The notes: generated by a model from the letters alone, not told the origin. A stretch of DNA of 60,820 nucleotides from a virus (IMGVR_UViG_3300016667_000092:1-60820); one strand, 5' to 3'; counted from the stretch's first letter, positions 20,255 to 30,648 are shown. Program-made: numbers and translations.

Positions 20255-22690
20255 TTATCGAGGCTCAAATTCAGCGAAGTCGAACCCGTCCAAGCTATCC
20301 TCGTTGGACTCAAAGTCCATTGGAGGCAGATTGTTCTTTCTTTGATTGATTAGCTTCGACTGCTCGGTATTCTGTTGGCTTATCCTTTTAGACTTAGCTG
20401 TTTCTTTCAGGTCCTCTCTCTGCTTCATAGCTCCCTCTTTCATGGAAGATAGCTGCATATTATACGCGAACTCAGTCTCCATTAGCATCTTCTTCAGCTC
20501 AGCTTCAGCTTTCATCTTCTCAATCTCAAAGGCAATCTCTGCCTGCTTGATCTGCATCTTAGACTGCGCCTCGGCCTGTATCTTCTGCATAGCCGTTTGG
20601 GCTGCCATCTGCTGAGACTGTAAAGCCTGTTGAGCTGTGATTGCTTGCTTCTGCATAGCCATCTTCTCCTCGCGCTCTTGCTTCTTCTGTCTCTTCAGCT
20701 TCAGTAGCTGATTAGCTAGCTTCAGGTTCTTAATCTCCCTGATGTCGATAGCATCCTCCAAGTTGATATCACCCTTAGACAAAGCCATCTGAATGTTAGC
20801 CTCAAGCTGTGCCTTCTGCTCTTCGTCAGGAGATACCTCGATGAAGATACCAAAGTCGTATACGTACAAGTCCTTAATCTCGTTAAGGATAGATACGTTA
20901 TACTTGCCAATCTTATTTGCGAAGTCATCCTTGAAGTCAGCATACTCTAAGATGTCAGCTACACGGTAGGTCAAAGCCTCAGCCATAGACCTATAGATAT
21001 ACAGACCACCCTCAAGGATATGTCTAGTAGCTGTGTTAGAGTTAAGCGCAGCCAACTTCTGTAAACCAACCAAAGAGTTGGGGTCAGGCATAGAACCGTC
21101 ACGGGCTTCATTAAGACCCGTCACAGACCTGATCATATTCAGATAGTGGTTGTAGTTACCAATCAGCATCTGTGTCTTACTAGCCCCTGAGTTAGAGGTA
21201 AGCTGCTGAATAGGAACCCTAGCATTATTAAAGTCGCCATCCTGCGTATAGCTACGACCGATAACACTACCCGTTTGGAAGTAGAGTCTCAGCGCATCCT
21301 CAGGATTGTAAGCGTTACCTGTTCCTAAATCAACTTCATTCAAGCCATCGGCATCAATAAACACACCATCAGGAACGGTACGCGCAATAACTTGTTGGAG
21401 TTTCAGGTGAGTAATCTGAATAAGGTCAGCGAAAGGAACCATCCTTCTAACCAACGACTCGATCACTCCCTTATACATACGAGGTGCACAAGCCACGTAG
21501 TTTGGAATCGCGTGCTGAGTAGCAGACTTAGGTCTTACCATATTCTCAGCAATCTCCCACTTAAGCAGGATGTTAGTACCCATAACGAGCACTCCGTTAT
21601 ACCAAACATCAATGGTCTTCTCTACCTTTTCAAAGTTACCCTCCTCCATCATCTCTACAGGAGGATTAAAACGATCATCCTTTTCAATCATTCTACTGCC
21701 ACCACCCTCTAATACTTTCTTCTTGTATACAATCTTCTTAGTTGACTTGTAGTTGAAGTACAACAAAGTAGCTGTATCTCTATAGAAAATAGAGTTCTCG
21801 TAGAACTGAGCAATATTGAAATAGTTATACCAACTCTGACTGTACATAGATATCTCTTCCAAGTCTTCTCTTGTCAGCGTTGGATCAATCTTCATTAATT
21901 CAGTAATAGGCAAAGTCTTAATCTCACCCCAATAGAAACAATCTTTAAAGAATGGATCTTCAGTGTAACTGTATACAATGTTGGCGGGGTCTACATATGA
22001 AATCTCAACACCTGCACCGGGAAGAAACTCATGCTTAGCACAACCAATACCTAATACGGTAAGGTCATAGTCTATGCGCTTGCGTAAATCCCAATACTTG
22101 TTCTCATCCATGATGGTATTGATTGCCTCCTCTTCGGCAATCTCAATAGCAGGCTTATAGTTAAGCTGCATATAAAGACTAAGTTCCTCATCAGTTTCAG
22201 GGAGTTCCTCAGGGTCCATCACGAATGGATCAACGCCTGTGTTCTCCTGTATCTTGGTTAAGATATCTTTGGCAGCCATCTGCCCCTCAATCATATCCTG
22301 ATACTTGTTACGCTTAGACTGAGACATTGCATCCTGAGCATAAGCCTTAACCTTAAACAGTCTGTCAGACATACCGTTAACAACGATGTCAACAAACTTA
22401 GGGATGATAGGAACAGGAGTCCAATCAAGGTTCAAGTATGACAGGTCGCCATCAATAGCAAGCTCGTTCTTATATTTTTGAACGGACTGCTCACCACGAG
22501 CGTATAAACGTAAACGATGAAAATCACGCCATTGACTATAGTATCTACATTGATTTCCATCTTTACGGAACCATTCGTACTGAATAGCTTGACCTACTAA
22601 AAGACCAAACTCATACGTGTCCTTCTCAGCATCGGGAACAAACTGACTAGGGAACCCTGTAGATGCTATGTTTATAATTACGTCTTTCAT
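20255..22690 (-). CDS. Portal protein
   Basis: 811 aa after terminase; LNLDWTPVPIIPKFVDIVVNG, IRSVTGLNEARDG; Gln/Met-rich C-terminal helical barrel. Confidence 0.85.
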   Translation of the reverse strand: MKDVIINIASTGFPSQFVPDAEKDTYEFGLLVGQAIQYEWFRKDGNQCRYYSQWRDFHRLRLYARGEQSVQKYKNELAIDGDLSYLNLDWTPVPIIPKFVDIVVNGMSDRLFKVKAYAQDAMSQSKRNKYQDMIEGQMAAKDILTKIQENTGVDPFVMDPEELPETDEELSLYMQLNYKPAIEIAEEEAINTIMDENKYWDLRKRIDYDLTVLGIGCAKHEFLPGAGVEISYVDPANIVYSYTEDPFFKDCFYWGEIKTLPITELMKIDPTLTREDLEEISMYSQSWYNYFNIAQFYENSIFYRDTATLLYFNYKSTKKIVYKKKVLEGGGSRMIEKDDRFNPPVEMMEEGNFEKVEKTIDVWYNGVLVMGTNILLKWEIAENMVRPKSATQHAIPNYVACAPRMYKGVIESLVRRMVPFADLIQITHLKLQQVIARTVPDGVFIDADGLNEVDLGTGNAYNPEDALRLYFQTGSVIGRSYTQDGDFNNARVPIQQLTSNSGASKTQMLIGNYNHYLNMIRSVTGLNEARDGSMPDPNSLVGLQKLAALNSNTATRHILEGGLYIYRSMAEALTYRVADILEYADFKDDFANKIGKYNVSILNEIKDLYVYDFGIFIEVSPDEEQKAQLEANIQMALSKGDINLEDAIDIREIKNLKLANQLLKLKRQKKQEREEKMAMQKQAITAQQALQSQQMAAQTAMQKIQAEAQSKMQIKQAEIAFEIEKMKAEAELKKMLMETEFAYNMQLSSMKEGAMKQREDLKETAKSKRISQQNTEQSKLINQRKNNLPPMDFESNEDSLDGFDFAEFEPR

Positions 22691-24984
22691 CTAATAAGTT
22701 GACTTGTATGACCATTGTTGGTATACCTAGCAAAATTAACGCTAATTTTTGTTTCTTTTTTCTCAGGTAAATATAAGTGTCTTTGGTTAGCCATGATTGC
22801 CAATCCTGAACTAATCGAGGCATCGAACTTAGTACGATCGCTAATATCAAACTTAGCCCAATCCTCAAGCGTTCTATTAAATGGCATAGACCCCATCTGA
22901 TCAGGCTCCCTGTATGTACCCGTTATATCTAACCCCACGTGCTTCTCGATATAGGACTCGATGGCAGAGGCGTGAGCCTGCTTTACATCCTCACTTGAAT
23001 TCGGAATTCCTCCGAGTTCCCTCTCTGTTTTTGACAACTTGCTGAAATGCCTGTCAGGTCTGTTCATACAGAAGTGACGATAGCCCCTGTTCTTAAAGTG
23101 ATACAGTAGCCTAGGCTTATTGTTCTCTATCAGGATCGGCATCCCATAGAATACGCAAGCCATTAGCACCTCCTCAAAGAATACCTCAGCAGTCTGAGGA
23201 CGGGCTATGTATTCTAGGAAGAACTCGTTGATAGGAGCGTCTAACATATGGAACTTGGTCATCCCGTGCAGAGAACCATTAGAACCTCTACCCCCAACCA
23301 CAGCCGAGATATCGTAGGAGTCACAACCGAAGGACCCTATGTGCTCGTTACCGGGATACTTAAGACCGCTTCTTATCTGCACATTGTTCTGTAAGTTATT
23401 GGCAGGAACCCAACTGATCAGGAACCTACCCCTCTCGTCAGGAGCCCACACTACTTTAGAGTCCTTGATCCCATCCTTCCAATGGAACGAACCTCTAGTC
23501 AGGTAGTGCTCCTTAACCATAATATCGTTATAGTCAATCTGCTGATATATCTTGGTCAGGTTAAACAGAGCCTGCTTACTCTCATCCCTGAAGGCATGGC
23601 TCTCGGTGCGAGGAAACTGACGATAGAATTCGTTGAGGGCATCGGGGTCATTCTTTAATGAATCCACCTCAGCTTCCCAATAGTCGATGGCTCCGTTGGT
23701 AATCCAATTCCCATCAACTCCCTTCACAGGCTGCTCACGTTTCCTGAACACGGGCATCCCGTAAACATCAATAAAGCCTTCCATGTTCCACTCCATCGGA
23801 ATAAACAAGGAGTACATTCCACTCTTAGTCTGCCCGTTGGCATTCCTATCAGAAAGGTTTGAGTCTTCGTATAGTTTCTTGTAGTTGTCACCTCCTTTGC
23901 TCAAAGCATTTGAGGTAGATCCCATTAGACACTTTCCGATAATCTTACTACCCAAGCGAAGACAGGTCTTAGTGACACGCCAATTGTTTAAGATATTGTT
24001 TGGCTTAGTCCACTTAGCACTCTCATCATGAGCGAGCAGTAGTAGCTTCTCCCCATCGTATGAGTTCTCTTCTGTATTCTTCCAATCGATTGTGGTATCA
24101 AGACCGTCCACATCATCGTCAGACTGAGTGTACATATTCTTCTTTGTGATCTTAGAGGCAGGAACCCTGTATGCCAACTCCGTCTTTGGCTTGTCCATAC
24201 CATCCATCACAGGCTTGAAGAAGAACGGCAACCTATTGTTAATTGGGACTACCTTGTCGGTAAACATCTTCTTAGCGTCCGCACCCGTCTTAGACAGTAT
24301 TCCCACCCTAGAATCACGAGCTAACGTACCTATGTTGACACACTCCGATGCCGACATAAAAGAGAAACCCGAACGACGAATCTTCAGGTAGATCATCCCG
24401 AAGCAACGAGGGTCAGCCTTACACGCCTCCCAAAATATAAAGAAGATTCTATTAGCTTCTCGGAAGTCAGGGTATCCGATGTCTATACTAGCCCACTGAA
24501 GATACATCCAATGAGCCCCTGTTAGATACGTAGGCTTTCCATTGTTCATAAACCAAAAGCCCTGTTCTCTATAATCAAACTGACACTCTATGTAATCAAC
24601 CCACTTGTCCTTAAACTCTACAGGCATATCATTCCATTGGAAGATTGACTGTATCTTAGCCAACTCCTTAGGTAGCTCCTGCCTTTCCCAATACTGATTA
24701 GCAGGCTTAGAGTCTCTTTGAAGAGACTCCTCAGGCTGTAGGGGTAATGCAATAAATAGACCTGATATGTTTACAATGTCTCCAATCTGCCCGGTCTTAG
24801 ATATGATGACTAGGTCATACTGCTCATTATACCCATACTGCCAAGCCCTAGAAGCGTTCTTCTTACTTATCACATTTGGAGAAACGTATCCATCGGCAAC
24901 ATAGTAAAGACTATTTACGACTTCTTCTTTCTGCAAATCCCTGTTTTGTTTCTGTTCTTTGGACACCTTTTTCTGACATTTCAA
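22687..24984 (-). CDS. terL: Terminase large subunit (start uncertain, non-ATG)
   Basis: Walker A-like KIRRSGFS, Walker B LLAHDES, coupling motif GSTSN, nuclease GCDSYD and C-terminal FDASISSG. Confidence 0.9.
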   Translation of the reverse strand: MKCQKKVSKEQKQNRDLQKEEVVNSLYYVADGYVSPNVISKKNASRAWQYGYNEQYDLVIISKTGQIGDIVNISGLFIALPLQPEESLQRDSKPANQYWERQELPKELAKIQSIFQWNDMPVEFKDKWVDYIECQFDYREQGFWFMNNGKPTYLTGAHWMYLQWASIDIGYPDFREANRIFFIFWEACKADPRCFGMIYLKIRRSGFSFMSASECVNIGTLARDSRVGILSKTGADAKKMFTDKVVPINNRLPFFFKPVMDGMDKPKTELAYRVPASKITKKNMYTQSDDDVDGLDTTIDWKNTEENSYDGEKLLLLAHDESAKWTKPNNILNNWRVTKTCLRLGSKIIGKCLMGSTSNALSKGGDNYKKLYEDSNLSDRNANGQTKSGMYSLFIPMEWNMEGFIDVYGMPVFRKREQPVKGVDGNWITNGAIDYWEAEVDSLKNDPDALNEFYRQFPRTESHAFRDESKQALFNLTKIYQQIDYNDIMVKEHYLTRGSFHWKDGIKDSKVVWAPDERGRFLISWVPANNLQNNVQIRSGLKYPGNEHIGSFGCDSYDISAVVGGRGSNGSLHGMTKFHMLDAPINEFFLEYIARPQTAEVFFEEVLMACVFYGMPILIENNKPRLLYHFKNRGYRHFCMNRPDRHFSKLSKTERELGGIPNSSEDVKQAHASAIESYIEKHVGLDITGTYREPDQMGSMPFNRTLEDWAKFDISDRTKFDASISSGLAIMANQRHLYLPEKKETKISVNFARYTNNGHTSQLIR
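24712..24727. repeat. 16-bp palindromic motif (perfect, intragenic)
   Basis: GTCTCTTTGAAGAGAC. Confidence 0.9.
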
Positions 24985-25198
24985 TATTTTCTCTCTCTTC
25001 CTCTATCCGACTTAGGATATCAAACGCATCAAAAATAGCTAGCTTCTTTGTGGCAGCAGCATTCTTCAATCTGTCTGCACTCAATTCATCTTCAGGATCA
25101 TGCTTGATAATCTCTTCATTAGCCACCTTGATAAGATGCTCAACAGCCCTATATCCCGAATCAATAATCTTTTGCTTAATCTCTTTTATATCCCGCAT
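24911..25198 (-). CDS. Putative terminase small subunit
   Basis: 95-aa helical protein overlapping the terL start; ADRLKNAAATKKLAIFDAF. Confidence 0.5.
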   Translation of the reverse strand: MRDIKEIKQKIIDSGYRAVEHLIKVANEEIIKHDPEDELSADRLKNAAATKKLAIFDAFDILSRIEEERENIEMSEKGVQRTETKQGFAERRSRK

Positions 25199-25671
25199 TT
25201 CTTCTCCTTTAAGAATACAACCTGAATCAATCTAGCTCCTTCGCCTTCCCCAAAGTTTTCTAATATATTTCTAGAGTGAGGAACATCTGCATCAAACGCA
25301 ATCATCCTATTAAACTTAGAACTTATCACACAGGCTACAACCTCATCACTGTCATACATTGTAGTTCCATCAGCATTAGGAGTATACTCATTAAGGTAAA
25401 GGATACAGGTGATGTCCCCCATATTCTTATCGTTATGAATATAGTTCGGTTCTAACTGTCCATAAGGGGATTGCCTTACAAAGTTCCAAGCAACCTCATA
25501 GCCGGGGAAGTAAGCGGTCGCAAACTGAGCGAACTCATCTTTGTGATCTCTTGGCTGTATCCCCTTAAAAGTATTTACCCCATCACTTACATCCTGAAAG
25601 CCATACTTGAAGATGTCCTTCACGTAAGCTCTTGGTTCTTTTAGTACGTCGTCAACTAGGAATAGATTCAT
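25186..25671 (-). CDS. 2OG-Fe(II) oxygenase-like protein
   Basis: IHND...TCILYLN...GTTMY...FNRMIAFD...HSR (HxD..H triad). Confidence 0.7.
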   Translation of the reverse strand: MNLFLVDDVLKEPRAYVKDIFKYGFQDVSDGVNTFKGIQPRDHKDEFAQFATAYFPGYEVAWNFVRQSPYGQLEPNYIHNDKNMGDITCILYLNEYTPNADGTTMYDSDEVVACVISSKFNRMIAFDADVPHSRNILENFGEGEGARLIQVVFLKEKKCGI

Positions 25672-26230
25672 ATTTAATTGTTATTTGGTGATCAAACATT
25701 CTGTATAGCTTCTCACCATCAACCGTAAACTCATACTCACTATCAGGTGCAAAGCAAACTAAGTCGCCACTACTAACGCCCTTCGACAGTAGATAATCAT
25801 TAGGGTATTTCATTATACCCATCAGGGGTTCTTCAGAGAAAGGTTTCTTAATATATGAGTCGGTTACAGGAACAGGCTTGACGAAACAATACCTATCATA
25901 CGCAAACCAACTCCCCCTCTTCTTGTAAAGAAAGAACTGATCAGGCTCTATGAAAAACAAATCTTCTCTGAAAAAACTCTTACCGCTTTTCTGCCGTCCC
26001 TTAATGTCATTGTAAAACTTGAATACGTTGTGATGGACGAGCAGAGTGTCGCCAATTTCAATTGGACCTGAGTAGCCTAAGGGTAGTTCTACGACTTCAG
26101 CGTATCTATTCGAGAACGTGTGATCCTCTTCCGAAGTACTCACAATAAGTTCTATTCCTCCAATCTCTCTCGTGTTGTCGTATCTCTTCCCCTTCAACGG
26201 CTTCGCGATGAAGTAGAACGGAGATTTCAT
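25652..26230 (-). CDS. GroES-like protein (two tandem GroES-like domains)
   Basis: A.VVELP...IEIGDTLLVHH and GVSSGDLVCF...EYEFTVDGEKLYRM patterns. Confidence 0.55.
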   Translation of the reverse strand: MKSPFYFIAKPLKGKRYDNTREIGGIELIVSTSEEDHTFSNRYAEVVELPLGYSGPIEIGDTLLVHHNVFKFYNDIKGRQKSGKSFFREDLFFIEPDQFFLYKKRGSWFAYDRYCFVKPVPVTDSYIKKPFSEEPLMGIMKYPNDYLLSKGVSSGDLVCFAPDSEYEFTVDGEKLYRMFDHQITIKYESIPS

Positions 26231-26457
26231 TAATACACTATATTATATTCGATTGCGATAGGCATAGAAGTGCTGAACTCTTTCCAAAGCATCACCTCTT
26301 GCTTTTCGTTTATTATGTAAATTTTAATAGACATCCTCTCCTCATCATACTTGATGAGGTGTATCTTGTTGTCTTCATTGACAACAGACTGTCCTACTAT
26401 GTAGTGCATTGCACCACCTTTGTAGTCAGGTCCTATAGATACTTTACGGATGTCCAT
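26230..26457 (-). CDS. Conserved hypothetical protein
   Basis: IRKVSIGPDYK..AMHYIVGQ; coupled in operon. Confidence 0.6.
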   Translation of the reverse strand: MDIRKVSIGPDYKGGAMHYIVGQSVVNEDNKIHLIKYDEERMSIKIYIINEKQEVMLWKEFSTSMPIAIEYNIVY

Positions 26458-27821
26458 TATCCAACTTGATTTACAGTTACTATCACACTAGGTACATTAG
26501 GAACTCCTGAAGGAAGACCTGTATCAATATGAGCTATCTGAACATTAGAAGAAGCCGTATACCAAAAGATTTCACAATAATCACCTGCCGTCTGAATAGG
26601 AATTAAGAAGTTCCAAGCAGCAACAAGATAGTCATTATTGTTAGCCATTTGTAACCACGTGGCAGAATCAGGCACATTAGTGTTTCCTATCTTAAGCCAT
26701 ATATATATATCATAAGCAGATCCTCCTGTCTTATTAAACTGAGCACTAAATGCTACATTATAAACTCCTTCCTTAGGGAAAGTAATCTGTGAGTTATTAG
26801 CAATAGAGACTCCGTTAGTAGCTAAGGCATCAGTAGAATTCAGCGTCATTGCTTTTGCAGAACCTCCTATCTGATCAGTAGTATCATAAAAGCTACCATA
26901 GTGAACACTCTCGTTTAGAATCTGAGTCGCAGTCCTATACTTAATAACACCTGAATCGGATACTAATATCTTGTCAACCTCAGCAGCAGCTTGCGTAATA
27001 GTAGCAATTCTTGCATCACCATTTACATCAAGCTTATGAGAAGGGGCAGTACCATTATATCCAAGAGCTAGACTTCCATCTCCAAGTAACATGAAGTTAG
27101 TCTGATAAGTACCGAGGTTTTTCATCCTCATCTCCCATCTCATCGTATAAGAAGCAGCAACAGCGTCAGTAGTCCTGAATGCCATCTGCCCAATTGCGGG
27201 AGCTCCTGAATCATCTTGCACAGCAAAGTGAATACCTGTAGCCATACCAATAGCAGGAGTACCACTAGAGGCAAGCGAACGAATAGTAACAGGGTACTGA
27301 CCACCCGACACATTTGTGCTAACCTCATCAACCGCTAAAGCATATCCATTAAGACCTGAGTTAATAACATACAGTCCGGCTTGAGTAGGATTACCCGCAG
27401 AAGTAGAGACATCAGTAGAGTAATTAATCTTTACCCCGTAATCACGAAACTTGTTAACCTCGACATAATCATTAAAGATTGTATCGTTGTTAAATGTCTT
27501 AATACCTGTGATGGTCTGATTAGTGGATATGGTAACATAAGCTGTAGTATCAACACTACCATCAGCTTTCAAAAATCCTGAAGATGTACCTCCATTAACA
27601 ATGAATGAATCTGCAGTAATAGTATGAGCCCCTAAATCTACATCATTTGTAGCTCCTGAATAAGGCACATATCCTCCACCTCCTCCTTGAGAAACAAATA
27701 GGTTATATATGTCACTAAGAAGATAATTCTTAGTCGCATTGTTATCCGCAACATCGGTTCCTATAACCTTATCTCCTAGCGAGGGAGTGCTATCTACTCC
27801 ATATGTACTAATCTTTGCCAT
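26457..27821 (-). CDS. Fibre-like structural protein
   Basis: MAKISTY...DKVIGTD N-terminus, YVPYSGAT.DVDLG, FLKADGSVD, C1q-like C-terminus. Confidence 0.65.
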   Translation of the reverse strand: MAKISTYGVDSTPSLGDKVIGTDVADNNATKNYLLSDIYNLFVSQGGGGGYVPYSGATNDVDLGAHTITADSFIVNGGTSSGFLKADGSVDTTAYVTISTNQTITGIKTFNNDTIFNDYVEVNKFRDYGVKINYSTDVSTSAGNPTQAGLYVINSGLNGYALAVDEVSTNVSGGQYPVTIRSLASSGTPAIGMATGIHFAVQDDSGAPAIGQMAFRTTDAVAASYTMRWEMRMKNLGTYQTNFMLLGDGSLALGYNGTAPSHKLDVNGDARIATITQAAAEVDKILVSDSGVIKYRTATQILNESVHYGSFYDTTDQIGGSAKAMTLNSTDALATNGVSIANNSQITFPKEGVYNVAFSAQFNKTGGSAYDIYIWLKIGNTNVPDSATWLQMANNNDYLVAAWNFLIPIQTAGDYCEIFWYTASSNVQIAHIDTGLPSGVPNVPSVIVTVNQVG

Positions 27822-27824
27822 ATC

Positions 27825-28061
27825 CTAATGTACTATTCCTAAGATATCACTTCCTGTTATACGATAAATATTTCCTACTACTAATCCATTCAGCAGAGCC
27901 TCTGCATTATCTGCATATTCAGGAACATTAGGAAATGGCATTGACAGAATTGAAGATATAGTATAGTTCTTTGTTATGCTACTATCATTCACATCGGTCC
28001 CTATGAGCTTATCTCCAAGACTAGGATTCCCATCTACCGAATATTCGCTAATCTTTGCCAT
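27825..28061 (-). CDS. Small structural protein sharing its N-terminus with the adjacent fibre
   Basis: MAKISEY.VD..PSLGDKLIGTDV...TKNY nearly identical to the N-terminus of 26457..27821. Confidence 0.65.
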   Translation of the reverse strand: MAKISEYSVDGNPSLGDKLIGTDVNDSSITKNYTISSILSMPFPNVPEYADNAEALLNGLVVGNIYRITGSDILGIVH

Positions 28062-28065
28062 TCTA

Positions 28066-28407
28066 TTATACGAGGGTTAATAAGTATAAAGTCTTGTCTA
28101 CAAGAGCAAGCATCTCATCCATAATATTCTGAAGCTCGGAAGGATAGTTATTACGCTCGCTGTCAATTGTAGACTGCAAACCTTTTAAATGTTCAACAGC
28201 GGAAGTGTTCTTAGACTCAGGAATAACAATCTCAACTCTCTTCATTCTCCCAAAGTAAACTTCAGAAAACTTATCAGTTAGATCTAAGATGCCATCATAA
28301 TAAGCTCCAAGAGCTTTATGCTCTGCATATGAAGTAGTCTGCAAGTGGGCGATGTGCATAGCATCGCGAGATTGGAACAGAGTTCCAATGAAATTTCCCG
28401 GTGTCAT
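28066..28407 (-). CDS. Ferritin/Dps-like four-helix protein (DUF5856-like)
   Basis: HIAHLQT.SYAEHKALG.YYD...D.F.E.Y.G; NIMDEM...KTLYLLTL. Confidence 0.7.
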   Translation of the reverse strand: MTPGNFIGTLFQSRDAMHIAHLQTTSYAEHKALGAYYDGILDLTDKFSEVYFGRMKRVEIVIPESKNTSAVEHLKGLQSTIDSERNNYPSELQNIMDEMLALVDKTLYLLTLV

Positions 28408-28409
28408 AT

Positions 28410-28649
28410 TTATATTTCTTTTTCTGTCACTTCTCCTGTTTTAATGTTGATTACCGCATTTGCTCCGTACTTCTCAATCAATACCTTTTCGTTTTCAGCA
28501 AACACAATCTTCAACGATTCAATGTGTTTCAGTAATCCTTGCTTCTCTAACTCTAAGTCTCCAAGTGCCATCTTCGACTTAGTGAAATCGTTCTGCAAGT
28601 CCTGTAACTGTTTTAATTCTTCAGCGGTTAATTGTTTTGTTGTACTCAT
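28410..28649 (-). CDS. Small coiled-coil protein
   Basis: EKYG...INIKTGE; TATCTTTG promoter at 28666-28673. Confidence 0.6.
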   Translation of the reverse strand: MSTTKQLTAEELKQLQDLQNDFTKSKMALGDLELEKQGLLKHIESLKIVFAENEKVLIEKYGANAVINIKTGEVTEKEI

Positions 28650-28675
28650 TTGATTATAGTTTTAACAAAGATATA

Positions 28676-29236
28676 CTATTTTTTCCACCTAAATTCTCTT
28701 TGATACCTAACACCAACCTGCCCTTTGCCATACACAGCACTAAAGACATTGCGGTCTATCCTAGCCCCTATTGAAACATCAGCCCCCGCAGTAGTTAAAG
28801 AACCACCTACCACGATAGCACGCTTCCTGTACTCTAGTATTTTAGTGGCTCTACGGTTTTGAAACCATACCTGCCTGCTAGCTATCCTATTCTTAGTCAG
28901 CGTCTCATTGATCACGATCAGTGCGCTAGAGTCATTTTTAACCGTATCAGCATACATGACAGTAGCAAAGTAATCTCTTAAGATTAAGGCCGTATCAACA
29001 GGGACCTGTACGTACACTGTATCCCCATCCAAGATAGTAGTGTCATAGGCTGTCACCGTGTCCCTGTAAACCACCTTATAGGGGACAGGTTTGTTCTCGT
29101 ATACCTTGTAGGGGATTGAGTCTCCCTTGATGTACCTGACATCCACCTCAGGCTCCGGCCCACAACCCCTCATCAGGATTAAAGCAAGAACTGCCACGAC
29201 AAGGGCAGCCACGATATATGAAACTATCTTATTCAT
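28676..29236 (-). CDS. Membrane-anchored lysis accessory (spanin-like) protein
   Basis: N-terminal transmembrane segment, beta-strand C-terminus, adjacent to endolysin. Confidence 0.5.
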   Translation of the reverse strand: MNKIVSYIVAALVVAVLALILMRGCGPEPEVDVRYIKGDSIPYKVYENKPVPYKVVYRDTVTAYDTTILDGDTVYVQVPVDTALILRDYFATVMYADTVKNDSSALIVINETLTKNRIASRQVWFQNRRATKILEYRKRAIVVGGSLTTAGADVSIGARIDRNVFSAVYGKGQVGVRYQREFRWKK

Positions 29237-29841
29237 AAAGTCTTTAACATTTGTACTAGTTTAGGATGAGGATAGACATCCACCTTGTCAGCTCTTACCG
29301 AGTTGTGAGTAAAGACCCCCACGCCACCATTAAGAGCCCTCTGAGTCAAACCCCAAATGTCCTCATTATAATCTAAGGGTATCCCGTACTTATTATTCCA
29401 AAGTAAGAGTAAATCCTTAGTGGCTTCTATCTGAGCATCAGTATAATTATGAAAGTACTTGTGACCTTTGAAGGGAACATCAAGCTCTTGCACTTGCGAC
29501 TCAGGGATCTCCCTGTTGGTATAGCTATAGAACTTACTATCCTTTAGGGTCAATTGACCCCAATTACAAAGTTCAATCCCTATTGAAATCTTATCTAGCG
29601 GTATAGCAGCACCCTTCACTCCTAGATGGTAAGCCCAATATTTAGAGCTGAAGCCCTGCAGAATTCTACCACTAGGCTCGATTACCACGCAAGTAGCTAT
29701 CCTATCAGGACTACTTTCCCAAAAACGAAAAACCTGCACCCCGTCAGGGCCACCTGCCGTATGATGCAGATATATCTGCTTCTTAGGATACTCCTCCTTC
29801 AGGTACTGTCTTTCGGAAAACTTTACCTGTACTAGATTCAT
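29233..29841 (-). CDS. Endolysin, N-acetylmuramoyl-L-alanine amidase (Amidase_2)
   Basis: IYLHHTAG, WAYHLG, SIGIELCN, YTDAQIEA, THNSVR.DK.D. Confidence 0.85.
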   Translation of the reverse strand: MNLVQVKFSERQYLKEEYPKKQIYLHHTAGGPDGVQVFRFWESSPDRIATCVVIEPSGRILQGFSSKYWAYHLGVKGAAIPLDKISIGIELCNWGQLTLKDSKFYSYTNREIPESQVQELDVPFKGHKYFHNYTDAQIEATKDLLLLWNNKYGIPLDYNEDIWGLTQRALNGGVGVFTHNSVRADKVDVYPHPKLVQMLKTL

Positions 29842-30035
29842 TACTCCTCTTCAGCAAAAAAGTTTGAAATAAACTTGCCTACGATAGCCACTACCATCAC
29901 AACAGTCCCCACAATAGGATGACCGTTAAGTATTGACACGCTAGCCCCAAAGGTTCCGGCAGCAGCTAAACTATCTCCTAGTACCCTAACCCTCTTAGGG
30001 GTCGGCTTGAAGTAATGCGACCAACCGAACTTCAT
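29841..30035 (-). CDS. Putative holin
   Basis: 64 aa, two hydrophobic segments, next to endolysin. Confidence 0.55.
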   Translation of the reverse strand: MKFGWSHYFKPTPKRVRVLGDSLAAAGTFGASVSILNGHPIVGTVVMVVAIVGKFISNFFAEEE

Positions 30036-30253
30036 TCTCTGTCTTGTTTGTTTTGCAACTGAATAGATAAATTGTGTAACTGAGTAGTGATCATATCAAG
30101 CTTCTTACTGATATCATCATCTTTCTTTTCTACTACGGACACCCTTATTTCTAACTCTTTTAACTTTAGTGATACTTTCACATATATACTGATGAGTCCT
30201 ATGAGGATGGTTACTGCCTGACCCGCCAAGAACACAACTAGACTAGTTGTCAT
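30032..30253 (-). CDS. Putative holin/membrane protein (TM plus coiled coil)
   Basis: N-terminal TM, heptad C-terminus. Confidence 0.5.
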   Translation of the reverse strand: MTTSLVVFLAGQAVTILIGLISIYVKVSLKLKELEIRVSVVEKKDDDISKKLDMITTQLHNLSIQLQNKQDRE

Positions 30254-30648
30254 TTATCTATAAATTTAAAAAATACAGGGTAGAACTCATCAGTCTCAAT
30301 TGCCTCAAAGTCTTTTAATGATAGATCGTCAGACCAAAGAGAATCTACATCAATGTTTTTGTTTACTCTTAAAAGTTGATCAAATTCAACTTTAAAAGAT
30401 TCTATATTTTCTGTAGGGATAGACACAGATTCACCTTCTTGTATTCCATATTTTAATAATAACTCTTTACGAGTATCTTCAAATACTTTCAATTCCTCGG
30501 CAACTACTTTGTTTAAACGCTGCAGATAAACTTTTGTTTTCAAAGAGATTTTCTGAGCAAGTAATCCATTAAGAACAACCTTGTCATCTTTCTTTATCCC
30601 ATTAAGTTCGTAGCTTAACTGTACAATCTCATTTAAATTTAGATTCAT
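30250..30648 (-). CDS. Hypothetical protein (fibre-associated)
   Basis: 132-aa ORF in operon after fibre gene. Confidence 0.55.
   Translation of the reverse strand: MNLNLNEIVQLSYELNGIKKDDKVVLNGLLAQKISLKTKVYLQRLNKVVAEELKVFEDTRKELLLKYGIQEGESVSIPTENIESFKVEFDQLLRVNKNIDVDSLWSDDLSLKDFEAIETDEFYPVFFKFIDK

Noticed and set aside
10153-24984. Stop-codon reassignment (alternative genetic code)
   Set aside because: Long genes are intact under the standard code, and TAA, TAG and TGA all serve as stops
30189-30212. CTGATGA-GTCC..GGAT as a second hammerhead
   Set aside because: No GAAA after stem II, no stems I/III, and antisense within a CDS
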